From the NCBI RefSeq assembly GCF_964194155.1, contig NC_135889.1:65782001-65846000 (forward strand): a stretch of 64,000 nt of DNA, given 5' to 3'. The notes under the pieces were generated by a model that was given only the letters and a program-made list of their open reading frames with translations, made no database searches and was not told where the DNA came from. A program made the translations under genes and the position numbers. Position 1 is the first letter of the stretch, and every line of letters begins with the position of its first letter. This document shows positions 38,071-49,325 of this stretch, one piece after another. The stretch comes from Cetorhinus maximus. Lineage: Eukaryota.

Positions 38071-38897
38071 ACTCTCTATCTCACGCTCACGCTCTATCTC
38101 ATGCTCACTCTCACTCTCTATCTCAAGCTCACCCTCACTCTCTATCTCACGCTCACCCTCACTCTCTATCTCACGCTCACCCTCACTCTCTATCTCACGC
38201 TCACCCTCACTCTCTATCTCACGCTCACCCTCACTCTCTATCTCACGCTCACCCTCACTCTCTATCTCACGCTCACCCTCACTCTCTATCTCACGCTCAC
38301 CCTCACTCTCTATCTCACTATCTCACGCTCACTCTCTATCTCACGCTCACGCTCACGCTCTATCTCACGCTCACGCTCACGCTCTATCTCACGCTCTACC
38401 TCACGCTCACGCTCTATCTCACGCTCACGCTCTATCTCACGCTCACGCTCTATCTCACGCTCACGCTCTATCTGACGCTCACGCTCTATCTCACGCTCAC
38501 GCTCATGCTCTATCTCACGCTCACGTTCACGCTCTATCTCACTCTCCCGCTCACGCTCACGCTCAATCTCACGCTCATGCTCAATCTCACGCTCATGCTC
38601 AATCTCACGCTCACGCTCTATCTCACGCTCACGCTCTATCTCACGCTCATGCTCACGCTCTATCTCACGCTCACGCTCTATCTCACGCTCACGCTCTATC
38701 TCACGCTCATGCTCACGCTCACGCTCACTCTCTATCTCACTGTCACGCTCACTCTCTATCTCACTGTCACGCTCACTCTCTATCTCACACTCACGCTCAG
38801 TCTCTATCTCACTCTCATGCTCAGTCTCTATCTCACTCTCACTCTCAGTCTCAGTCTCTCTCTCTCTCTCTCTCGCTCACTCTCACGCTCACTCTCT
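38071..38897 (+). repeat. Hexamer-based minisatellite (24-mer tctctatctcacgctcaccctcac, then 18-mer gctctatctcacgctcac, ending in (CT)n)
   Basis: Directly visible; gives low-complexity ORFs in all three + frames. Confidence 0.97.
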
Positions 38898-41800
38898 ATT
38901 GGAGGCAAGGTTCAGCAAAACCACAACCTGCATAACCAAGTGTTTCTAAACCTGCTGCAAAACTGTCAAGGTCAGCTCTACCTGAATCACCCAACATAAC
39001 AGTCACAGCATTTCACCATCCACACCTCATGATATGTGTGTTGCATTTTTATTATTTTTCTTGGGGTTTTTTAGTAACTAATAAGTTTACTCTTTCTTTG
39101 ACTCCAGAAAGCCTGGTTAAACTGGCTCCTCATAAAAGATAAATACATTTGGACTAGGAAAAGGTACCCACAGGGGGAAGGGATCCCTTTTAAATTAAAC
39201 TTGTTTCGACCAACCGAGAGGGTTGAATAAAGAAGGGAGCCAGATCCTTCCTCCTCACCTGGGAGTGTAACAAAATTGGGGTCCCATTTGGGAAGTTAAC
39301 AATTGGGGAATGTTGCCCAGAGACCAGCCGTAACAAATTGGAGGCTCGGTGCCGGAATAGTCCCCACAGACAAAGCAAAAGAACTAGAGTGGGGAAAGTA
39401 AATTGTTCCTTTGAACCCAATTTTTAAAAAACACCGCAAAAAGGTTTTCTTGAGTCTGCCTTACTAAAGTGTGAAAATGTCCACAGTGTTTTTACAGACA
39501 GAAGGGACATTAATTATGAAAATTTAACCGTTCTATCCCTCAAGCAGTTAAAAGAGCTAGCGAGGCACTTGGGATTAGAATTTCACCTGAAAACCCGAAA
39601 TTTTAGAAGGGGTGGCCAATGGGCTACAGGTGGAAATTGAGGATAATGAAATGGATAGAGTAGCGGAGGAGAGATTAAAATTGGAGCAGTGGAAATTAGA
39701 GTTTCAGGAATGAGAAAAGGAAAGGGAAAGCAAAAAGGGAAAAAGAAAAGGAAAGACAGGAAAGGGCTTAGAGAGAAGAGATAAAATTTCAGGACAGAGA
39801 GAGGGAAAGGGAGTTTAAACTAAAACAGCTCGAGTTGAGGGGCGAGAATCCTACTGTGTCCCTTGAAGACACCAGTAGCTTAGTCTTAAGGGCTGAGACA
39901 ATGCAGTTTGTTCGCTTAATTCCTAAGTTTGATGTGGTTAGCACAGCAGTGGCCAGTCCAACATTGGTCCGCACTACTACAGGGTAGGATTTCGGTAAAG
40001 CTCATGAGGTTTACTCCATCTTACCTGAGGAAAGTGCCACTAACGACGAGGCAGCAAACGGGCTAATTTAAGTCCGTACCAGTTATTGGCAGAAGTGTAC
40101 CATCAGAACTTCCATATCCTCAGGAAACGGCCTGACCAGACACACCTAGAATTTAAAAGGCTTAAGCAACTTGCCTCTGACCAGTGGGTGTGGGCACTTA
40201 AAACGGAAGCCACTTACGGAATCCTCTGTGAAATAATTCTCCTCGAGGGGTTAAAAACTCCATGCCCTTCCAAATAAGACCACACCTAGAGGAACGGAGG
40301 GTAACAGGGACCAGGCCGATAACCACACTGACTGATGTCCATGAGCTGATCCACAAACCCTGGTGCCAGAAGAGACCCTCCCCTAGTCACCCAACCAACT
40401 GGAAAGGATAGAGGTGGAGAGAGTGATAGAAAACTGAGCACCCGTGGGAGAGAGGGAGATGCTGGGAGCCCTCCTCAGGACAGAAGTTGTGGTGCTGAGA
40501 TAAAAAGTGAGGCCAGGAAGTGTTTTAACTGCCAAAAGGTAGGGCACCTCTGGGCCAACTGCTGGAAGTAACTGGAAAAACTAATGGGATTTATTGGGGC
40601 ACATACTCCCCGTGCAGAGAACGGGAGTCATAGGAGACCAGGCTATTGCTCCGACTGTGGCTGCAAATCCCTGTAGATGCACCCCTGAGAGTGCGGGTGA
40701 AGTTAAACAAATCCCTGAGAGTTACAAGGATTTTGTATCCGAAGGAAGGGTGGCTACATTTCCCCAGGGTGAGGTAGGTAAGTCTATAGTGATACTGAGG
40801 GACACAGAGGCCAGCCAAACTCTACTGCTGGGAAAAGGCATGACCTTGCCACCAGAGAGTGCAGTACATGCCAAGGTGTCGGTAAAGGGGATTGAAGGAG
40901 GGTACATGCCCTTATATCGGGTGCATCTGGAGTGCGACCTTGTGTCAGGACTAGTGACTGTGGGAATCGACCCCAGTTTGCCTGTGGATGGGGTTGATCT
41001 GCTCCTTGGCAATGACCTGGCAGGATTAAAGGTAATAGCATCCCCAGTGGTCTCAGAGAAACTCACTGAGTCAGGGAGACAGAACAGCTGCAGGAGAAAG
41101 TGCCTGGCATTTTCCCTGAGTGTGTGGTAATGCGATCTATGGCCAGACAAGCTCCGTGAGTGGAGGCTGATGTGGCACTGCAGACAGAAGACCCTACAGT
41201 CTAGTTATCTGAAACCTTATTTGGGTGTTTAGAAGACCCTAAGAAGGTAATAAATAAACCTTCCTTGGTAGTAGCTCAGCAAGCTGACCCACTGCTAATT
41301 ACATTAGCTCAGAATGCCAACACTGAAGCTGAGAACAGAAGCAGTCCTTGAATGCTACTATGTTTAAAATGAGATGCTGATGAGGAAATGGCAACCCTCT
41401 CACAGACTTTCACATGAGGGATGGACAGTGATCCATCAGGTTGCAACGCTGCCGAGGTACTGTAAGGAAATATTACGGCTAGCTCACAAAATTCCAATGG
41501 CTGGGCAAGTTGGTATGCGCAATACCCGAGGCCGCATCAGTCAACATTTTTATTGGTCACACCTCCACAAGGATGTAGCACCCATGGGAGAGAGGGAAAT
41601 GCCAAACCTCCCACACGTGCCAGGTTGTGGGAAAACCCCAGTCTGCAATAAAACCTGCACTTATGATTCCCATGCTGGCTTTTGGGGAACCATTCAGCAA
41701 GGTGTTTAAGGACTGGGTGGGGCCCCTGCCCTAAACAAAAGGGGGATACTAGTATATCGTTACCATCATGGATGTGGCTACCCGCTTCCCAGAGGCTGTT

Positions 41801-44129
41801 CCCCTGAGAACCATATCTGCCTAAACAATGGTGAAGGAATTGCCCCAATTCTTTACCAAGTATGGTCTGCCCACCAAGATCCAGATGGATCAGGGCTCAA
41901 ATTTCATGTCCAAAATATTCCAGGAAGTCATGGGTAACCTGAGCGTGACCCAGCTGAAATCATCAGTGTATCATCTGCAGTTGCAAAGGGCGCTAGAACG
42001 GTACCACCAGACCGTAAAAAAATGATCAGGGCATACGACCACGAGTACCCCCCTGACTGGGATAAAGGACTAGGTTTTCCTCTGTTCGTTACCAGGGACT
42101 CACCCAATGAGTCCACCGGTTTTACACCATTTGAATTAGTTTATGGGCACCAAGTGCGAGGGCCTCTGAAACTAATCAAGGAGAGGTTTTTGGAACAGAA
42201 GGAGGAAGTCTCCATGTTGGAATATGTAACAGTCCACTCTGTTCTGGGAGTGACTCATGAGAGCCTGTGATATGGCCCGAGAATGCTTAAAAATCTCCCA
42301 GACAGCTATGAAGAAACAAGTAGACAAACATGCTGGGCCCGAATCTTTCAGCCAGGAGGCTATGTGTTAGTGCTCCTACCGATACCAGGTGAACCCTTAA
42401 GAGCCCAGTTCAGTGGCCCTTACAGAGCAGCAAAGAAGGTTGTGGAAGTAAATTATCTAACTGAGATCCCAGATCAGAGGAAAAAGCAAAGGCTGTGTCA
42501 TGTCAACGCGATAAAGCAATATCACAGCTGAGAAGGGGGGACGAGCAGGTAACGGTCTGTCCCATTACCACCAACCTAGGGGATGAGGTAGCAGTGGGGG
42601 TGAATTGGAGGGAGACATGGATGAGGCCCACATTGAAACCCCTACTACCCGGCTAACCAACACAAGGATACTAGTGGACTTAGACTCCTTATTCACCTAC
42701 TTAAGTGCAGAATAGTGAGCAAACTTGATGAGGCTGCTCACTGTATTTAAAGACTTATGCAGAGACAAGCCAGGCTACATCACGTTAGCCCTACATGATG
42801 TGGATGTGGGCGAGGCAACATCCCTATTGTTTAGGCACAGAAAAGCTGGCAGAGATTCAGAAGGAGATTAACTACATGCTGGAGCACCAACAAATAGAGC
42901 CTAGCAGCAGTAACTGGTGCTCCCATGTTGTGTTAATGCCCAGGCAGGATGGCTCCACAAGCTTCTGCATTGACTACCGAAAAGTTAATGCAGTGACCAG
43001 AGCCAACTCCTACTCAATACTCCGGCTGGAAGACTGCGTAGATCGGGTAGGTAAAGCAGCCTGCATTATAAAGACAGATTTATTCAAGGGATACTGGCAG
43101 GTTCCCTTGACTGTCTGCACAAAGGAAATCTCCACCTTTGTAACTCATGATGGATTATACCAGTGTCGAGTCATGGCATTTGGACTCAGAAATGGCCCAG
43201 CTACCTTTCAAAAGCTGATGAACCAGGTAGTGGCAGTCTTATCCAATTACGTAGTGTACCTAGATGACTCCTAATGTACAGTGACACTTGGGAAACTCAC
43301 TTAGAGCAACTGGAAGCCCTCTTCCAGATAGTACAGTCAGCTGACCTAGTGGTCAATCCCGCAAAGAATGAATTCGCTAAGGCTCAAGTGACCTTGAGCC
43401 TTAGGACATGTAGTGGATCAAGTACTGCCCAGAGATGCAAAGGTACAAGCAGTAGCACAGTTCCCCATTCCCACAACGAAACAGGAAATCATGAGGTTCT
43501 TGGGGATGAGTGGGTTCTATTGCGTGTTCGTCCCAAACTTCAGCACAGTAGCTGCCCCGCTGACAGACCTACTACAGAATAAAGCAAAGGTAGCATGGAC
43601 TGAGAAATGCCAAACAGATTTTGAAAAGTTGAAAGCCATTTTGATGGGTGAGCCTGTGCTACCAGCTTTGGACTTTGACCAAGCATTTAAGGTAGCCATC
43701 GATGTGAATGACATCGGGGTAGGGGCTGTCTTCCTCCAGGAAGACAAATCAGGGATAGAGAGACCAATCGGGTACATCTCCAAAAAACTAAACAAGCATC
43801 AGAAATGGTAAATTCTCCACAGTGGAGAAGGAAACCTTCGGATTATAACTGACTCTCAAACACTTTGAGATATATGTCCGAAATGGATATGGGGAGACCA
43901 CAGTCTATACTGACCACAACCCTTTAACCTCTGTGGAAAAGCTTAAGACACAGAATGCCAGGTTATCCCGCTGGAGTTTGTTTCCCCAAATGTACCACCA
44001 AAAAAATCATTCACATTGCTGGCAAAGCAAAAGTGATTGCAGACACCCTGTCCAGAACTTAAAGAGACCCAGTTAGAACTGAAGAGATAATATTGACCAA
44101 GGCTAGGAGAATGAGTGTGTGTGTGTGTC

Positions 44130-44169
<40 letters not shown>

Positions 44170-45348
44170 TTGTTTTACATTTTTTTCATTTGTAGTTGAA
44201 ATGAGAATAAATCTCACTTCATTCGTGGTGCGGGGGGAAGTGTCATGAAAAGCTGATTACAGCCACAAATTACTTACGGGCATATGGAAATTTTTAAGTA
44301 AGAGTGTGTGTTTTTAAAGAAATACAAGCAAGGACATTGAGCAAAAGATGGCTCATAATGTAAAGTGACCACTTATTGGAAAAATTCTTATGTGGATTAT
44401 ATTGACAGACCTGTCCTGACAGAACATGGAATGTCACACCTAAAAAGATGTCATGGCCTTCTTCAAACAGAGAGGGAGATAGGAAAGATGCAAAAGACTA
44501 AACTTTAATCTCCTGTGGTTGCAGACATGAAAGATTGATTACCACATCTCAGCAGTCATCTGAAATCCATCTCCTGTTGATCCATATCTCAGAGTGTGTA
44601 AAATGGTTGGAAATCAAAGAAAACAGACTTTGGGTGAAGACATGGGTTTTTTTCCTTTACAGGAATACACAGGGAAAAATGGGTTAAGAAGCTAGCTGCA
44701 GAATAGTGCAGTGTGTGCTAGTGTGCTGTGAGAGTGACAGCATAAGAAGACCCATTAGTCACCCCTGCAGTTGGAGGCCAAGTCTCTCTCTCCCTCTTTC
44801 TCTCTGTTGCTGGAGGCAAGGCTCAGCAAAGCAACAATCAGAAAGGAAATAGGACAGCTTCCTCAGCCAACCTGAAGAACCAACTGTCTCCAAACCAGCT
44901 GCTAAACTGCCAAAGTCAGATCTACCGGAATCACCCAACTTAATGGCTGCAACATATCGCCACCTACGCCTCACAAACAAGCCAAAGACAGATTAATTTA
45001 TCTTTTTTAACTTTTATTCAGACTCTTAACTTATCATTTCTGATCTGTAAATGTGTGATGCATTTTTATTATTTTTCTCAGGTTTTTAGTAACTATTAAA
45101 CTTACTCTTTCTTTGTCTCAAGAAAACCCAGTTAGATTGGCTCCTTCTAAAAAATAAATACATTTAGACTGGGAAAAGGTATCCACAGGGGGAAGGGACC
45201 CCTTTTAAATTAGCATTGTTGCGACCAACCAAGGGAGTTGAATAAAGGAGAGCCAGCTCACTCCTCTCACCCAGGAGCATAACAAAATTGGGGTCCCATT
45301 TGGGAAGTTAACAATTTGGGGGACCTCGCCCAAGGACCGGTTGTAACA
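38890..45348 (+). mobile_element. Gmr1-like Gypsy element B, decayed; partial 5' LTR, complete 3' LTR
   Basis: 5' LTR remnant approx. 38890-39335, PBS-like tggaggctcggtgccggaat 39339-39358. Gag LCEIILLE and CFNCQKVGH, PR LRDTEAS, IN (MDQGSNFMS, ERYHQT, TPFELVYG), then RT (FCIDYRKVN, YLDD) and RH. PPT cggggggaag 44231-44240; 3' LTR 44241-45348 (TGTCA...TAACA). Confidence 0.92.
44115..44166 (+). repeat. (TG)n microsatellite upstream of the PPT of Gypsy B
   Basis: Directly visible. Confidence 0.95.
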
Positions 45349-45985
45349 GAGTGGGCTGGGTAAAAAGTTACAAGGAAGACCGAAATAATGTCTAAGAATA
45401 TGACAGTTCTACTTGTTTCAGATTCGGTGATGACAACATGTTTAAATCACTAAAAAGAATAGTAATTCCCTGTAAAACAATGGGGTAAATCGCTTTATCA
45501 GTACTGATGTGGTATTGAGTGAAATACCTTTTCTGTTAAGTAAACCTTCAATGGAAAAAGCCCAAATGATGTTGGACATGGAGCATGAAAAAGCGATTGT
45601 TTTTGGCAGTTCTGTAGATTTGCAATTTACATAGGACATTACTGTATTCCTTTAAGGCCTATCATCTCTAGGCAGAATGTTAAAGAAGTATTAATGATAG
45701 CTGGGGATAGGGATTTAAAGGAGAAGAGGGAAATTATTACCAAACTACATCGACGATTTGCACATCCCTCTGGCCATAGGTTGAAGATTCTATTAAAGGA
45801 TGCAGGGGTACTAGATGAGGAATACACTTGACTTGTTGAGGATATTAGTGAAAAGTGTGATATTTGTAAAAAGTACAGAAGAACAGCATTGTGTCCAGTA
45901 GTAAGTCTTCTATTCGTGAGCGACTTTAATAAAACCGTAGCTAAGGACCTCAATGTCTGGGATAAAGAAAAAAATATATTTTTCT
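45349..45985 (+). mobile_element. Copia (GalEa-like) pol fragment: protease C-terminus and integrase HHCC domain
   Basis: Hand translation across stops and frameshifts: FRFGD...TDVV.SEIP.LLSK...GHYCIP...KLHRRFAH...CDICKKY...FNKTVAKDL. Confidence 0.7.
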
Positions 45986-45989
45986 TCTA

Positions 45990-46245
45990 CATTTAACTAC
46001 CTTTTGTACCTGTCCCGCTACCTTAAAGGACCAGTTGACATGCACACCAAGGTCCCTCTAATCCTCGTTCCTTCCCACGGTCCTACCATTCATCGTGTAT
46101 TCTTGTGCCTTGTTTGTCCTGCCCAAGTGCATCACCTCACACTTATCCACATTAAATTCCATTTGGCATTCATCAACCTATCTGACCAGCCCATCTATAT
46201 CCTTGTGTAAGGCTATCCTCCTCACTGTTTACCACCCCACCAATG
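45990..46245 (-). mobile_element. CR1 RT fragment
   Basis: cccaagtgcatcacctcacacttatccacattaaattccatttggca is the reverse complement of the WQMEFNVDKCEVMHLG motif. Confidence 0.75.
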
Positions 46246-46249
46246 TTCG

Positions 46250-49200
46250 TTTCCATTGGTTCTGGAAGGTTGAGCACACAATGAGCCGGGGGAAAGGGAT
46301 GAAGTGTGTCACTGTGTGCACGTTAACTGATCCACTGTCCTTGTTGTTCATTTCAGAATCATCAGAGCATGGCCGGCAGGAGGAGCTGCAGGTGCCCCCT
46401 CTCACACACGAGGGTCTTCAAGTGTTACCTGCATCACACCATTTCTGCGAGGCAGGCACCAGCGCAGACACTAGCATCTTGGTGGGCATTGCAACATTGG
46501 CAAGTGTCCTGGGGCACAGTGGAGAGGGCACTTCATAATCGCTGGAGGAGCTGGCAGGGACAAAGAGTGCCCATGGCTCCAGCAGTCGGAGGACTGCAGG
46601 GAATCAGGCACATGCTCAGTCGGGGCATGATGATGTGCCTCTGGAGTCGTCCGCGACACAGCAGCTGCAGGAAATGCGACTGGGTGTGCAGGAGCATCTG
46701 GGAGTGATACTTGAGGCTGTACTTCATTTTGGTGTCCGAGGTCTAGGTGTCCACACGGAGCATCACTGATGCAATGAGCCTCATGGCAGAGCGTCATGCT
46801 TCCTCCATGGAGAGGGTGGCAACTCTCATGGAGAGGCGCCTCCAGGAGAACAATCAGCTTCTCTTAGGGATGCGCTCTGACCAGCAAGCCCTCACAGCAG
46901 CATTGGCCACAGCTGGTCAGTGCCAATGTGGGAGATGGTGTGAGCTTCAAGCTACCCAGCTCGTTGTCCATCCATCCACGGTGAGCAGGGAGGTCCGAGG
47001 CGACCTCATGTCGGCGCAGCAGCTGCCTGTCGTATCTGCGGGCTCCTTTCACGGCGCTCCAGATGAGGGCAACAGCTGCTCCGCCCCTCTTCTAGTGACC
47101 ATTTCATCCGGTGAGGCTGCGACGACTGGGGAGATGCCAGCTGTGGACCTGGCAGATCCCTCCCAGGCGGGGCCAGCACAAGCTCCACAGGCCAGAGGGC
47201 AACCGCCAAGGTCATCGAGGCCAACAGGACAGCAGAGTCAGCAGGCTGGTCTCAGATGCTACTTCAAGCGATGGGGCAGCACCAAGATGTAGCACCCGCC
47301 ATTGGAAACGTAAGGCACATTAGGCTCACCACAGGTTTCTCACTGGTGCTTTTGTGTTGGCCTGTGATTAGGTCCTTAGAATTTATTTTTGCTTGCTTAC
47401 AGTATTGTTTTGGAATTGTGAGAACATCTGATGTTAAAATTAAAATTCAGATGCGTGACCATGGCTGAGGGTGGCTTGTTTGTTCTGCATGTGTATGTTT
47501 AAGAAAGATGTCATGACTGTTTGTTTGGACACTCAGATTTATGTACAAGGCCCTTAGTTCCTGCTGATGACTGGCAGATTTTGCACTTAGATGCCAAGTA
47601 TGGATGCACCAGGCAGGGCTGGTCCTGGTGATCCATCTGTGTTGTGCTAGCTGAAGGTTCGTTGGATTAAAGCCTCCCTGCTTCCTTGGCGTAGTCCCGG
47701 ATCAACGTCTACCCCCTCAGCATTGCCCTGTGTGTGCTCATCCTCGGACTCACTGCTGGACTCATCGTGTGCAGCCGCAGACAATGCTTCAACGTCTTCA
47801 TCTTCCACTGCTTCCCCGCTTTCCAGCGCCAGAATGTGCAGAGCGCAGCATGCAACCACTATCACTGAGACACGATCTGGGGGGTACTGGAGTATGCCCC
47901 CTGAGTGGTCCAGGCATTGGAAGCACATCTTGAGAAGACCGATGGCTCTCTCCACCACAGCACTTGTGGTGCCCTGGCTCCTATTGTAGCGCTGCTCAGC
48001 TTCTGATATTGGATGGTGGAGAGGCGTCATGAGCCACCTTCTGAGGGGATAGTCCTTGTCACCCAGCAGCCAACCATCCAGCCGAGCCGGAGCACTGAAG
48101 AGCCCCACAGCTGGGAGTGTCTGAGGATGTAGGTGTTGTGGGAGTTGCCTGGGTACCTTGCACAGACTTGTAGAATCTGCATCCTGTGATCACACACTAT
48201 CTGCACGTTCATGGAGTGGAAGCCCTTCCTGTTGACGAAGGCACTGGGCGCCTTGATGGCCACATGTGTACAGTCTATTGCACCCTGGACACGGGGGAAG
48301 CCAGCAATGGCCGCGAAGCCTCTGGCTCGATGTTTCTGGCTTGCCTGGTCGCAGCGGAAGTGGATGAAGGTCAATGCCCGTCTGAACAGAGCGTCTGTGA
48401 CCTGCTTGACACAAGTGTGGACAGCTGATTGGGAGACACAGCAATGATCACCCACTGAGCCCTGGAAGGAGCCAGAGGCATGGAAGTTGAGGGCAGCTGT
48501 GACCCTCAGAGCCACTGGCATAGGGTGTCCACCCACACAGTTAGGGGAGATCTCAGGGCCAATCATCTGACAGATATAGTTGACTGTCTCCCTTGACAGT
48601 CGGAGCCTCCTTCGGCACTGCACCTCAGACATGTTGAGGTAGCTGCTTCGCCGTCTGTATACCCTGGCAGCAGGATAGTGGCTTCTTCTGCGGCCCCTTC
48701 CACCTTGGACTACCTCTTGGCCTTGTGCCTGCGCCTGTCCTCCCGAAGGTGGCTCCCCTGGAGGCTGATTGTCCACTCCTGGCCTCCTCCTTATTCCATG
48801 CCTCCCTTCCTCCTCAGAGGAGCTGCCTCCAGCGGACATGTCAGAACCCACACCCAGGCCAAGGGGAGGCTTCCAGAAAGCAACAGGCCCGCTAAAGATC
48901 CCTGACTGCAGAAGGTTCAAAGTACACAGAAAGCTGCTGGGATGCGTTCTGAACTACTGCGGATCACACAGGCAAGTTTAAAATACTTTCTCCAGTAAAT
49001 ACTCCACAAAGCAGATTGACAACCCCACTGAGTCCTCTTATCCCACCCATGGATGAGGTTCATAGAAAAGTCTCTTACCCACCTACCCGTTGCGCCTGTG
49101 CGCCGACCTGAAGATCGCACGGGCGCCTAAAAATTGCCATCGATTGAAGACTAAAGGGCCTTAATTACCTTATTAATTAATGGCAGGTGTGCGTCGGACT

Positions 49201-49325
49201 TCATTGTGCGCCCGCCCAGCGAAATATCCCGATGGCGCCCAGTGATGTCGGGATGCTTGCCCGATGTCACCGCACATCATTTTACCCGTGGCTCCCCCAC
49301 GCACGTCAAACTGAAAATTCTGCCC
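46250..49325. mobile_element. Second PIF/Harbinger, left end missing, right TIR present
   Basis: Right TIR gaaaattctgccc (49313-49325). Last Myb-gene exon on + (acceptor tttcag at 46356, C-terminal RHWKRKAH-stop near 47323) is convergent with the transposase on -. Confidence 0.85.
47647..48839 (-). pseudogene. Harbinger DDE transposase, nearly complete, one frameshift near 48108
   Basis: GAIDCTHV, NRKGFHSMNVQIVCD, GNSHN (HD to HN), LLGDKDYP, YNRSQ...VVERAIGLLK.CF.CLD. Confidence 0.9.

Noticed and set aside
38115-38320. Regular 24-bp repeats as a CRISPR array
   Set aside because: Head-to-tail units without unique spacers, no cas genes, eukaryotic context
38012-38999. 307-aa and 318-aa ORFs resembling SR-rich or His-rich proteins
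   Set aside because: By-products of a stop-free hexamer minisatellite inside an LTR; no splice or domain evidence
47647-48920. Host HARBI1 gene
   Set aside because: Frameshifted, bounded by a TIR, paired with a Myb gene and inserted in a Copia element, so a transposon copy
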